From Alphaproteobacteria bacterium (GTDB lineage: Bacteria; Pseudomonadota; Alphaproteobacteria; UBA828), in assembly GCA_965237415.1 (NCBI GenBank), contig CBDEFM010000002.1, forward strand, positions 1,792,001-1,856,000: a DNA stretch of 64,000 nt. The letters run 5' to 3'. Within the stretch, counting starts at the first letter, position 1. Every line of letters starts with the position of its first letter. The translations under genes and the position numbers were made by a program. Shown here piece by piece: positions 1 through 10,096 of this stretch. Under the pieces are notes generated by a model, which saw only the letters and a program-made list of their open reading frames with translations, searched no databases and was not told the DNA's origin.

Positions 1-86
1 ACGAGCGCGGCCTCGGCAACGTCTGCCACATGATCGGCGGTATCGCCGCGTGGCGCGAGGCCGGCGGCACGATCGAAGAGTATTGA
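1..86 (+). CDS. 3' end of a rhodanese-like domain protein (partial, starts before window)
   Basis: Frame from nt 3 reads ERGLGNVCHMIGGIAAWREAGGTIEEY*, matching the rhodanese C-terminal GGxxAWxxAG motif. Confidence 0.6.
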   Translation, partial: ERGLGNVCHMIGGIAAWREAGGTIEEY

Positions 87-440
87 TCCCGCCCCCAGCC
101 ACGGCCATGGCCGACGCTTGCTCCCGACCGTCACTCCGTGTTTCAGTCCGGCCGGACCAAGCCCGGAGTTCTCACCAATGTCACGGCCTGCGTCGCACCC
201 AGACGTTCGATCCGCCAGGAGTGAGCCGAAAAGCGTAGCGGTGTCTACGGTTGAGGTCCACGACGCCGCGGGCGGGCGTCTGGGCGCGACCCGAAGGGCG
301 GCGCTGTCCGGCCGACAGTGTGCGTCACGCCGCTTGCCCGATGTCCCGCATCGCGCTGCACGCCGTTCCTGCCCTGTCGGCCGGACAGCGCCGCGCAGAC
401 CATGACATTGGTGAGAATTCCGGGCTAAGGAGAGGGCGGT

Positions 441-1553
441 ATGAAGCTCGGCATGTTCATGATGCCGGTGAACGATCACCGGCGGGACACCCACACGGTG
501 CTCAAGGAGGACGTGGAGATCGCGGTCGCCTGCGACCGCTTCGGCTTCGACGAGTTCTGGATCGGCGAGCACTACACGACCCTCAGCGAGCCGGTCACCT
601 GCCCCTTCATGTTCCTCTCCAATCTGATCGCGCGGACGACACGCATGAAGCTCGGCACCGGCGTGGTCAACCTGCCCCAGCGCCACCCGGTTCAGACCGC
701 CGCCCACGCGGCGCTGCTGGATCACCTCAGCGACGGGCGGCTGATCCTGGGCGTGAGCCCCGGCGGCCTGGTCAGCGACTTCGAGATGTTCGGCGTGACC
801 GACCTCCAGGTCCGCCGCGAGATGGCCGGCGAAGCGATCGAGACCGTGCTCAAGCTCTGGTCTACCGATCCGCCCTACGACATCAGGGGCAAGTACTGGA
901 CCCTCAGGCTCGAGGACTATCACTGGCCCGACCTCGGCGTCGGCGCCATGATCAAGCCCTATCAGAAGCCGCACCCGCCGCTGGTCGCGTCGGCCATGAG
1001 CCCGGATTCCGGCGGTGTAAGCAGCGCTGCCGCGCGCGGCTGGGGCGTGATCTCGGCCAACTTCGTGCCGGTCTCGACCATCAAGAACCACTGGCAGGGC
1101 TTCTCGGACGGCTGCACGCGGAGCGGCCGCGAGCCCCGGCCGGCGGACTGGCGCGTCGCCCGCTCGATTTTCGTCGCGGACGACGACGCCTGGGCCAAGG
1201 CCTACGTTCGCGATCCCGAAGGGCCGCTCGCCCACTACTACGGCTATCTGGTGACCCTCGTCAGGCGGGCCGCCTTCCACGCGATCATGAAGAGCGGGCC
1301 GGAGATGGCGGACGAGGACGTGACCCCGGCTTACGCCTGCGACGCCTTCTCCATCGCCGGCGATCCGGACTCGGTGGCGGAGCAAATTCTCGCGCTGCGC
1401 GAGGAGGTGGGGCCCTTCGGCACCGTCCTCATGACGGCGACCGACTGCCTGAACGAGACCCACAAGGCGCACCAGTTGAACTCCATGCGGCTCATGGCCG
1501 ATGAGGTCATGCCCAGGCTCAGGCGCGCGCTCGGCGACCGCGCGGCGGCCTGA
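441..1553 (+). CDS. LLM-class flavin-dependent oxidoreductase (luciferase-like monooxygenase)
   Basis: MKLGMFMMP, GFDEFWIGEHYT, LGTGVVNLP, LDHLSDGRLILGV motifs; RBS AGGAG upstream. Confidence 0.9.
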   Translation: MKLGMFMMPVNDHRRDTHTVLKEDVEIAVACDRFGFDEFWIGEHYTTLSEPVTCPFMFLSNLIARTTRMKLGTGVVNLPQRHPVQTAAHAALLDHLSDGRLILGVSPGGLVSDFEMFGVTDLQVRREMAGEAIETVLKLWSTDPPYDIRGKYWTLRLEDYHWPDLGVGAMIKPYQKPHPPLVASAMSPDSGGVSSAAARGWGVISANFVPVSTIKNHWQGFSDGCTRSGREPRPADWRVARSIFVADDDAWAKAYVRDPEGPLAHYYGYLVTLVRRAAFHAIMKSGPEMADEDVTPAYACDAFSIAGDPDSVAEQILALREEVGPFGTVLMTATDCLNETHKAHQLNSMRLMADEVMPRLRRALGDRAAA

Positions 1554-1619
1554 CCGCGCCTGAGGATCGGAACGCGGGCACGACCGGCGGCGGCCGATCC
1601 GCTGACGCCAACGAAACCG

Positions 1620-2285
1620 ATGCGGACGCGGGTCAAGATCTGCTGCATCTCCAGCGTGGCGGAGGCCCGCACCGCCGTCGCCGCCGGGGCCGATGCCATC
1701 GGGCTGGTGTCGGCGATGCCGAGCGGGCCGGGGGTGATCGATGAAGACCTGATCGCAGAGATCGCCGCCGCGGCGCCACCGGCCATCGGCACCTTCCTGC
1801 TCACGTCGGGGGTGGAGCCCGCGTCGATCATCGCTCAGCAGCACCGCTGCGGCGTCAACGCCATCCAACTCTGCGACGCGCTCGATGCGAACGCCTATCC
1901 GGTGCTGAGGGAGGCGCTGCCCGGCATTGCGCTGATCCAGGCGATCCACGTGCGAGGCGAAGGCGCGGTGGCGGAGGCGGTTGGGCTGGCTCCCATGATC
2001 GACGGGCTGCTGCTCGATTCCGGAAACCCGACGGGCACGGTGAAGGAGCTGGGCGGCACCGGGCGCGTCCACAACTGGGCCCTGAGCCGGCGCATCGTGG
2101 TGGACGCCCCCTGCCCGGTGTTCCTCGCCGGCGGCCTCAACCCCGGCAACGTGGCCGACGCGATCCACCAAGTGCGCCCCTACGGCGTCGATCTCTGCAC
2201 CGGCGTGCGCACGGACGATGCGCTCGATCCCGCCAAGCTCGGCGCCTTCATGGGCGCGGTCGCCGGCGCGGACGCGCGGCTCTGA
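1620..2285 (+). CDS. trpF: Phosphoribosylanthranilate isomerase
   Basis: RVKICCI, GADAIGLV, LLLDS, GGTG, LAGGLNPGNV, PYGVD motifs. Confidence 0.85.
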   Translation: MRTRVKICCISSVAEARTAVAAGADAIGLVSAMPSGPGVIDEDLIAEIAAAAPPAIGTFLLTSGVEPASIIAQQHRCGVNAIQLCDALDANAYPVLREALPGIALIQAIHVRGEGAVAEAVGLAPMIDGLLLDSGNPTGTVKELGGTGRVHNWALSRRIVVDAPCPVFLAGGLNPGNVADAIHQVRPYGVDLCTGVRTDDALDPAKLGAFMGAVAGADARL

Positions 2286-2373
2286 CTCCCAAGATCGCGC
2301 GAGAGCGCGTATTGATAGATCAACATCCACATGAATGTCGGCCGCCCAAGCGGCCGCTAGAGGAAGAGACACC

Positions 2374-2904
<531 letters not shown>

Positions 2905-2986
2905 GGCTCGGAGACAGACATTCAAGAGCGCCTCGGCTAAGCTTGATGCAACCGGGTGGCGCACCCAAACCCAAGGGGGACTCTTC

Positions 2987-3970
2987 ATGAAACGATTCAT
3001 CGTCGCCGCGCTTGCGGCGATCGGGATTGCCGTGGCCGGCACGGCCCAGGCAGAGGACTTCATGCCGGCCGTCGTCTTCGACATGGGCGGCAAGTTCGAC
3101 AAATCGTTCAACGAGGCCGCGTTCAACGGCGCCGAGAAGTTCAAGGCGGACACCGGCATCCAGTACCGCGATTTCGAGGTCACCAACCCGTCCATGCGCG
3201 AGCAGGCGCTCCGCAACATGGCCAGGCGCGGCGCCCAGGTGGTGGTGGCGATGGGCTTTGCCCAGGCGGCGGCCGTCGAGACGGTGGCCCAGGAGTTCCC
3301 CGAGACCAAGTTCACCCTGATCGACATGGTGGTGGACCTGCCGAACGTGCAGTCCGTGGTCTTCAAGGAGCACGAGGGCTCGTTCCTGGTCGGCATGGCG
3401 GCCGCGCTGGCGTCCCAGACCGGCAAGGTCGGCTTCGTCGGCGGGATGGACATTCCGCTCATCCGCAAGTTCGCGCTCGGCTACGTGGAGGGCGCGAAGT
3501 ACGTCAATCCGGACATCGAGATCTTCCAGAACATGACCGGCACGACGCCCTCCGCCTGGAACGACCCGACCAAGGGCGGCGAGCTCGCCCGCAGCCAGTT
3601 CGACCGGGGCGCGGACGTGGTCTATGCCGCCGCCGGCGGCACCGGCATCGGCGTCTACCAGGCCGCGAAGGACGCCGGCAAGCTCGCCATCGGGGTGGAC
3701 AGCAACCAGAACTACATCCACCCCGGCACGATGCTGACCTCGATGATCAAGCGCGTGGACGTGGCGGTCTACGAGTCCTTCAAGGCCGCCCAGGAGGGTA
3801 CCTGGCAAGGCGGCATCCAGATCCTCGGCCTGGAGGAGGACGGGGTCGGCTGGGCCCTCGACGAGCACAACCGCAGCCTCATCTCGGCCGAGATAGAAGC
3901 CGCGGTCGAGCAGGCGCGCATGGACATCATCGCCGGCAACATCGCGGTGACCGACTACATGGCGCAGTAG
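2987..3970 (+). CDS. BMP-family ABC transporter substrate-binding protein (nucleoside type)
   Basis: Signal peptide; GGKFDKSFNE, FKEHEGSFLVG, AIGVDSNQN motifs. Confidence 0.9.
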   Translation: MKRFIVAALAAIGIAVAGTAQAEDFMPAVVFDMGGKFDKSFNEAAFNGAEKFKADTGIQYRDFEVTNPSMREQALRNMARRGAQVVVAMGFAQAAAVETVAQEFPETKFTLIDMVVDLPNVQSVVFKEHEGSFLVGMAAALASQTGKVGFVGGMDIPLIRKFALGYVEGAKYVNPDIEIFQNMTGTTPSAWNDPTKGGELARSQFDRGADVVYAAAGGTGIGVYQAAKDAGKLAIGVDSNQNYIHPGTMLTSMIKRVDVAVYESFKAAQEGTWQGGIQILGLEEDGVGWALDEHNRSLISAEIEAAVEQARMDIIAGNIAVTDYMAQ

Positions 3971-4012
3971 CGCGCGCCGCCGGCGCCCGCCGGCCACCGA
4001 GGCGTAAGCCCC

Positions 4013-5614
4013 GTGGCGGGGGAGGAACACCGGGGGGCCGCCGAAGAGCGTGGCCCCTCGGGCGGGCTCGGTGCGCCCGCGCTGGAGGTCGTCGGCGTCC
4101 AAAAGTGGTTCGGCTCGGTGCACGCCAACGACGATGTGTCGGTCGCCGTCGCCCCCGGCACGATCCACGGCATCGTCGGCGAGAACGGCGCCGGCAAGTC
4201 GACCCTGATGAGCATCGTCTACGGCTACTACCAGGCCGACGGCGGCGAGATCAGGGTGGGCGGCACGCCGGTCGCGATCAAGGGGCCGGAGGACGCCATC
4301 GGCCACGGCATCGGCATGGTCCACCAGCACTTCATGCTCGTGGATACCTTCACCGTGCTGGAAAACGTGGTGCTCGGCGTGGAGCAGGGTTACCTGCTGC
4401 GGTCCACCCTGAGGGAGGCCCGGCAGGAGCTCGAGCGGATTGAGCGCGAGTACGGGCTCGACGTCGACCCCGACGCCATCGTGGGCTCGCTGCCCGTCGG
4501 CCTGCAGCAGCGGGTGGAGATTCTGAAGGCACTCTACCGCGGCGCCGACATCCTGATCCTCGACGAGCCCACGGGCGTGCTCACGCCGCAGGAGGTCGAC
4601 GACCTCTTCCGCATCCTGCGGGCGCTCAGGGACCAGGGCCGGACCATCATCCTCATCACCCACAAGCTGCGCGAGATCATGGCGCTGACCGACCGCGTCA
4701 CCGTGATGCGCGCCGGCCGCGTGGTCGATCATGTGGCGACGGCCGAGACCGACCGCGCGCGGCTCGCCGCGATGATGGTGGGCCGCAGCGTATTGCTCCG
4801 CGTGAACAAGGAAGAGGCTGCGCCGGGCGAGGCCCTGCTGCAGGTGGAGAACCTCGCGGTGCGCGATCGCGGCGGCGTGCCTCGCGTCCACGACGTGAGC
4901 TTCACCGTCCACGCCGGCGAGATCGTCGGCATTGCCGGTGTCGCCGGCAACGGTCAATCGGAGCTGCTGGAGGCGCTTGCCGGCACGCTCGCCCGCGAGC
5001 GGGGCACCATCGCCATCGGGGGCGCGCCTGCGCCCGCCGGCGGCCGCGCCGAGGCGGCGCGCGCCATGCGCCGCCGCGGCCTCGGCCACGTGCCCGAGGA
5101 CCGCCAGCGCATGGGCCTTGTCACCGCCTTCGACGCCTCGGAGAGCGGCATCCTCGGCTACCACCGCGAGCAACGCTACAACCGCGGTGCGCTGATGAGC
5201 CGCGGCGCGGTGGTCGACGCCGTCGGGCGCACGATGGGGGACTTCGACGTGCGCCCGCCGCTCCCCCAGCTGCGCACGGCCAATTTCTCCGGCGGCAACC
5301 AACAGAAGATCGTGGTCGGCCGCGAGATGGGCCGCAGCCCGGACGTGCTGCTGGTCGGCCAGCCGACCCGCGGCGTCGATATCGGCGCCATCGAGTTCAT
5401 CCACCGCAAGCTCGTGGCGATGCGGGATGCGGGCAAGGCGATCCTGCTCGTTTCGGTCGAGCTCGACGAGATCATGTCGCTTTCCGACCGCATCCTGGTG
5501 ATGTTCGGCGGCAGGGTCGTCGGCGAGGTTACGCAGGCGGAGGCGGACGAGCGCACGCTCGGGCTGCTGATGGCCGGCGGGCGCCCGGAAGGCATGGAGG
5601 CCGCCGGGGCGTGA
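4013..5614 (+). CDS. ABC transporter ATP-binding protein, two ABC domains (nucleoside/CUT2 type)
   Basis: GENGAGKST, ILILDEPT, SGGNQQK, QPTRGVDIGA. Confidence 0.9.
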   Translation: MAGEEHRGAAEERGPSGGLGAPALEVVGVQKWFGSVHANDDVSVAVAPGTIHGIVGENGAGKSTLMSIVYGYYQADGGEIRVGGTPVAIKGPEDAIGHGIGMVHQHFMLVDTFTVLENVVLGVEQGYLLRSTLREARQELERIEREYGLDVDPDAIVGSLPVGLQQRVEILKALYRGADILILDEPTGVLTPQEVDDLFRILRALRDQGRTIILITHKLREIMALTDRVTVMRAGRVVDHVATAETDRARLAAMMVGRSVLLRVNKEEAAPGEALLQVENLAVRDRGGVPRVHDVSFTVHAGEIVGIAGVAGNGQSELLEALAGTLARERGTIAIGGAPAPAGGRAEAARAMRRRGLGHVPEDRQRMGLVTAFDASESGILGYHREQRYNRGALMSRGAVVDAVGRTMGDFDVRPPLPQLRTANFSGGNQQKIVVGREMGRSPDVLLVGQPTRGVDIGAIEFIHRKLVAMRDAGKAILLVSVELDEIMSLSDRILVMFGGRVVGEVTQAEADERTLGLLMAGGRPEGMEAAGA

Positions 5615-6726
5615 AAGGCTTCGGCGGGCCGACCCAGGCGCCGGCCTGGGTCACCCACGGCCTGGTCCCGCTCATCAACCTCGGGCTCGCGCTCCTCATC
5701 GCCGGCATCATCATCGCGCTCATCGGCGAGAATCCGCTCGAGGCGCTGAGGCTCCTCGTCCTCGGCGCCGTGGGTTACCCGGAGGCGATCGGCTACACGC
5801 TCTACTACACCACCAACTTCGTCTTTACCGGGCTCGCCGTCGCCATCGCCTTCCACTGCGGCCTCTTCAACATCGGCGGCGAGGGCCAGGCCTATCTGGG
5901 CGGCCTCGGCGCGGGTCTGATCGGGCTCTATCTGGGCCATTGGCCGGCGCCCGTGGTCATTCCGCTTGCGATCGCCTGCGCCATGGCCTTCGGCGCCTTC
6001 TGGGCCTTCATCCCCGGCTGGCTGCAGGCGAAGCGCGGCAGCCACATTGTCATCACGACGATCATGTTCAACTTCCTGGCCGCGGCGCTGATGACCTATC
6101 TGCTGGTCGAGATCTTCATCAAACCGGGGCAGCAGGCCGCCGAGAGCCGCAAATTCGAGACAGGCGCCTGGCTCCCCTTCGTCCACGATATCTTCGCGGC
6201 CTACGGTGGGAATATCGGCCGCTCGTCTCTCAACCTGAGCATCGTCGTCGCCGCGGTCTGCCTCGTGCTCTTCTGGTTCTTCGTCTGGCGCACGCGCTGG
6301 GGCTACGAGATCCGTGCCGTCGGGCACAACGAGTCGGCGGCGGTCTACGGCGGTATTTCGCCGGCGCGCTCGATCATGCTGGCGATGGCGATTTCTGGCG
6401 GGCTCGCGGGTCTGGTGGGCGTGAACGAGATCATCGGCGTCCATCACCGGCTGCTGCTCGAGTTCACGGCGGGCTACGGCTTCGTCGGCATCGCGGTGGC
6501 GCTGATGGGCCGCAACCACCCGGTGGGTATCCTGCTCGCGGCGCTGCTCTTCGGCGTGCTCTATCAGGGCGGCTCCGAGGTCGCCTTCGACATGCCCAAC
6601 GTGACCCGCGACATGGTGGTCGTCCTTCAAGGCCTGGTGATCCTCTTCTCCGGCGCGCTGGAGCACATGTTTCGCGGCCGGATCGAGCGCCTCTTCACGC
6701 GCCGCGCGCAGGCGGTGGCGGCGTAG
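5611..6726 (+). CDS. ABC transporter permease (nucleoside type)
   Basis: GLFNIGGEGQ, GYEIRAVG, GIAVALMGRNHP; start overlaps the ATPase stop (GTGA). Confidence 0.9.
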   Translation: MKGFGGPTQAPAWVTHGLVPLINLGLALLIAGIIIALIGENPLEALRLLVLGAVGYPEAIGYTLYYTTNFVFTGLAVAIAFHCGLFNIGGEGQAYLGGLGAGLIGLYLGHWPAPVVIPLAIACAMAFGAFWAFIPGWLQAKRGSHIVITTIMFNFLAAALMTYLLVEIFIKPGQQAAESRKFETGAWLPFVHDIFAAYGGNIGRSSLNLSIVVAAVCLVLFWFFVWRTRWGYEIRAVGHNESAAVYGGISPARSIMLAMAISGGLAGLVGVNEIIGVHHRLLLEFTAGYGFVGIAVALMGRNHPVGILLAALLFGVLYQGGSEVAFDMPNVTRDMVVVLQGLVILFSGALEHMFRGRIERLFTRRAQAVAA

Positions 6727-6728
6727 CC

Positions 6729-7700
6729 ATGGAAGGGGTGACGTGGTTCGTCCTGGTGATCGACGCGACGCTCCGCGTGTCGACGCCGCTCATCCTCGCC
6801 GCCTTCGCCGGCATGTTTGCCGAGCGCTCGGGCGTGGTCGATATCGGCCTCGAAGGCAAGATGCTGGGCGGAGCCTTCGCCGCGGCGGCAGCGGCGTTCG
6901 CCACCGGCTCAGCCTGGATCGGCCTGCTCGCCGGCATCGGGGCCTCGGTCGCGCTCGCGATGGTCCATGCCTTCGCCTGCGTCACTCACCGGGGCGATCA
7001 GGTGGTCTCGGGCATGGCGCTCAACATCCTGGTGGCGGGGCTCGGGCCAGTGCTGTCGCTCGCCTGGTTCGGCCAGGGCGGGCATACGCCGATGGTGGCG
7101 GATGCCGCGCGCTTCCGCCCAATTCACTTCCCCTTCGCCGACCGGTTGAGCGACGTGCCGTTCCTCGCCCAGATCTATTCGGAAATCGCCAGCGGCCACA
7201 ATCTGATCGTCTATATCGCGCTCGGCATGGTCCCGCTCGCGGCGTGGTTCATCTACAAGACCCGCTTCGGGCTGAGGCTCCGCGCAGTCGGCGAGGCGCC
7301 GGAGGCTGTGGACACCGCCGGCATCTCGGTCGCCGGCATGCGCTACCGGGCGATGATCGTCTGCGGCATCCTGTGCGGTATCGCCGGCACGTCGCTCTCG
7401 ATCGCCCAGAACGCGCTCTTCGTGCGCGATATGAGCGCGGGCATGGGCTATCTCGCGCTCGCTGCGCTCATCTTCGGCAAATGGCGCCCGGTGCCGACCC
7501 TCTTCGCCTGCTTCCTCTTCGCCTTCGCCGACGCCGTGCAGGCGAGGCTGCAGGGCGTCGATGTCCCAGGCGTCGGCGTCATCCCGGTGCAGGCGATCCA
7601 GGCGCTCCCCTACCTGCTGACCGTGCTGCTGCTCGCGGGCTTCGTCGGCAAGGCGGTCCCGCCCAAGGCGAGCGGCGTTCCCTACGTGAAGGAGCGTTAG
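6729..7700 (+). CDS. ABC transporter permease (nucleoside type)
   Basis: ERSGVVDIGLEGKML, GLRLRAVGE, ALAALIFGKW; ATG at 6729. Confidence 0.9.
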   Translation: MEGVTWFVLVIDATLRVSTPLILAAFAGMFAERSGVVDIGLEGKMLGGAFAAAAAAFATGSAWIGLLAGIGASVALAMVHAFACVTHRGDQVVSGMALNILVAGLGPVLSLAWFGQGGHTPMVADAARFRPIHFPFADRLSDVPFLAQIYSEIASGHNLIVYIALGMVPLAAWFIYKTRFGLRLRAVGEAPEAVDTAGISVAGMRYRAMIVCGILCGIAGTSLSIAQNALFVRDMSAGMGYLALAALIFGKWRPVPTLFACFLFAFADAVQARLQGVDVPGVGVIPVQAIQALPYLLTVLLLAGFVGKAVPPKASGVPYVKER

Positions 7701-7755
7701 CCCGGATATCTCGCCGGGCTCACGGACTGCATCGGGCGGGCGAAGCATCAAATTA

Positions 7756-7794
7756 AGGCGGGATTCGGCGGGATTAAGTGGGATTAAGTGGGAT
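7756..7794. repeat. 10-bp-period tandem array (GGGATTCGGC GGGATTAAGT GGGATTAAGT GGGAT), copy 1
   Basis: 39 bp identical to 45468-45506; contains G3N7G3N7G3N7G3 at 7760-7792. Confidence 0.9.
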
Positions 7795-8014
7795 AAGTGG
7801 TATTCCGCGGGGACAACCGCCCGCCGTCCTCCATGACCACGGCGGGGACTGCGGGCGGCCGCATTCCCTGCCTTCGCCTGCCGCCGCCCCGTTCGCTCTT
7901 GCGCTGTATGGCACGGCAATTGCGCCGGCGGCACGCAGACCGCGGCCGCGGTGAGACATCCGGGCCGCACGATGAGACGGGCGCGCGTCTGCCTGGTCGC
8001 GGCGGAGGAGGAGC

Positions 8015-8060
8015 CCCCCGCCTCACCCTGGCCCGCTCCACTCCGCAGGGCAGAAGGGAG
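8015..8060. repeat. Degenerate REP-like palindromic repeat (CCTCACCC...GGAG type)
   Basis: Similar to the palindrome at 45130-45176. Confidence 0.55.
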
Positions 8061-8813
8061 GGTCGGTCGGCCAGAGTCGGCCTTCCACCTCCCGCCGTCT
8101 CAGCTCAGCATCCCGCGCCCCGTGCGCGTCCCACGCGTCCTGTGCACCGTCGCCGGCAGGCGACTCGGACGTGGGGTCCGGCGGGGTGACGTGGGAGTCA
8201 GCGGGAGAGGCGGCGGCCCACCCGAATGCCGCCGGCGGCGGGTCTGTGCCCCCAGGGAAGAGGTGCCCCTCCATGGCCCGGCGGACGGTCTCGACCCGTT
8301 CGGCATGCGTCATAGTGGCCGCGCGCGCGGCCGGCCCGGCGTGCGCGGCGGCGGCATCGGCCTTCGCCTGCTCGCGCTCGACGCGGAGCCTGTCGGCGGC
8401 TTCGATGCGGTAGAGCCCGAGCGCGAGGCGGGCGAGGTCCTCCGTCGATACCGGTTCCGCGCGCTTGCCGAGCTCGGCCATCGTAACCAGAGCCAGCGTT
8501 CGCAGGGTCTCGATCGCGATGAGGGCGCTAAGCCCCTCGGCGCGGGGGTCGCGCGTGCGCTCCCATTCCTCGGCAAAGCGATCGGTCTCGCGCTGCAGGC
8601 AGATCAGGCCGTCCATGCGCTCGGCCCAGCGGCCCTCGGCGGGTCGCGCACGCGCGCAGTGTCGATGACGGTCCAAAAGTGCGCCTATTCGCTGCATTCA
8701 GCACGTGAGTGCGGTGACGATGTAGCAGCTTGTTTGGCGGGTGGAAGCGTGCCTCGTCGGAGCTGTGGATAGGCGGCTTGTCGCAGCGACCGCCCTCGTC
8801 TATGGACGCCCCC

Positions 8814-9070
8814 GGTAATGCAAGCTTTTCTTTGAACGGCACGGTGCATGCGGTCAGGTGCTGTCGTCTATCCGGCCTGTTGATGCGGCATTTCGATCGC
8901 CGCTGGCCCGTATGGAGATACGCGAACCGGGTCCAAAATCGAGTCTGCGAGCTTGAACGCTCTCAGGACGGTGCTGGTTTTCCCGATCCGGTCTCATTGA
9001 CCGTATGCCCTCCTTACCTGTCCTCCGACCTGCCCACATCCCCGACGGCTTCCCGCGATTGTCCGCCCTG
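8814..9070 (-). ncRNA. Putative IS110 bridge/seek RNA (ends approximate)
   Basis: Non-coding 3' region holds segments matching both halves of the reconstructed target (8965-8972, 8939-8947) and of the donor junction (8912-8918, 8864-8871). Confidence 0.7.
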
Positions 9071-10096
9071 TCAGGCGGTTGCGGGAACCCGATAGATCTC
9101 CTTCTTCGCCGTCACCGCCCAGGCGACGCGCGCCATTTTGTTGGCCAGCGCAACCGCGACGAGCATCTTCGGCTTGCGCGCCAGCATTTCGGCCAGCCAA
9201 GGATCCCTCGTCTCGCCACCACGGCGCTCCGCCGCTTGGATTACAGACATGGCACCCGTGATCAAGAGCCGCCTGAGATCGCGCTGGCCCATCTTCGATA
9301 CCTTGCCAAGCCTTGGCTTGCCGCCAGTCGTATGCTGTCGCGGCACGAGGCCTAGCCAGGCGGCGAAGTCGCGCCCGCGCCTGAAGCTCTCCATCGGTGG
9401 GGCGAAAGCCTGTACTGCCATGGCCGTGATCGGCCCGATGCCCGGGATCGTCATGAGCCGTGCCGCCTCTTCGTCCTGGCGTGCGCAAACGCGGAGCTCC
9501 TTCTCCAAATCGTAGATCTTCGCATCGAGGTCTGAGACCTGACCGAGCAGTAGGTCACCCAGCTCGCGAACCGGCTCCGGTAGCCCCGAGCTCGGATCCA
9601 TGAGTGCCGCCTCCAGCCGCTTGACATGAGCTGGCCCCTGTGGAGCGATGACGCCGAACTCCGCCAGGTGACCCCGTAGCGCGTTAATCGTCTGCGTGCG
9701 CTGGCGCACCAGGAGGTCGCGTGTGCGGAACAGCATCCCTCGAGCCTGCTGCTCTTCCGTCTTCACGGCCACCAAGCTCATGGTGGGGCGCTGCGCGGCC
9801 TCGCAAGTCGCCTCCGCGTCCCTCGCGTCATTTTTCTGCCGTTTGACGAATGGCTTGACATATATCGGTGGGATTAGCTTGACCTCGTGTCCGAGCATCT
9901 CGGTCTCTCTACCCCAATAGTGAGCGCTCGCGCAGGCCTCCATCGCCACCACGCAGGGCGGTTGCGAGGCGAGGAAGTCGAGTAGCTTGCCCCGGCTCAG
10001 CTTCTTGCGGAACACAACGGACCCGTCTGCCCGCGCACCATGCAACTGAAAGCTGTGCTTCGCCAGATCGATCCCGATGATGCTAGCCTGATCCAT
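9071..10096 (-). CDS. IS110-family recombinase/transposase
   Basis: IGIDLAK (DEDD RuvC-like), MEAC, KNDARDAEA, IPGIGPITA, WLGLVPRQHTTGGK; ATG at 10096 with GGAGG upstream. Confidence 0.95.
   Translation of the reverse strand: MDQASIIGIDLAKHSFQLHGARADGSVVFRKKLSRGKLLDFLASQPPCVVAMEACASAHYWGRETEMLGHEVKLIPPIYVKPFVKRQKNDARDAEATCEAAQRPTMSLVAVKTEEQQARGMLFRTRDLLVRQRTQTINALRGHLAEFGVIAPQGPAHVKRLEAALMDPSSGLPEPVRELGDLLLGQVSDLDAKIYDLEKELRVCARQDEEAARLMTIPGIGPITAMAVQAFAPPMESFRRGRDFAAWLGLVPRQHTTGGKPRLGKVSKMGQRDLRRLLITGAMSVIQAAERRGGETRDPWLAEMLARKPKMLVAVALANKMARVAWAVTAKKEIYRVPATA

Noticed and set aside
7756-7800. GGGATTAAGT array as a CRISPR array or telomeric repeat
   Set aside because: 10-bp units without spacers, no cas genes, internal location; GGGATT is only the reverse, not the complement, of TTAGGG
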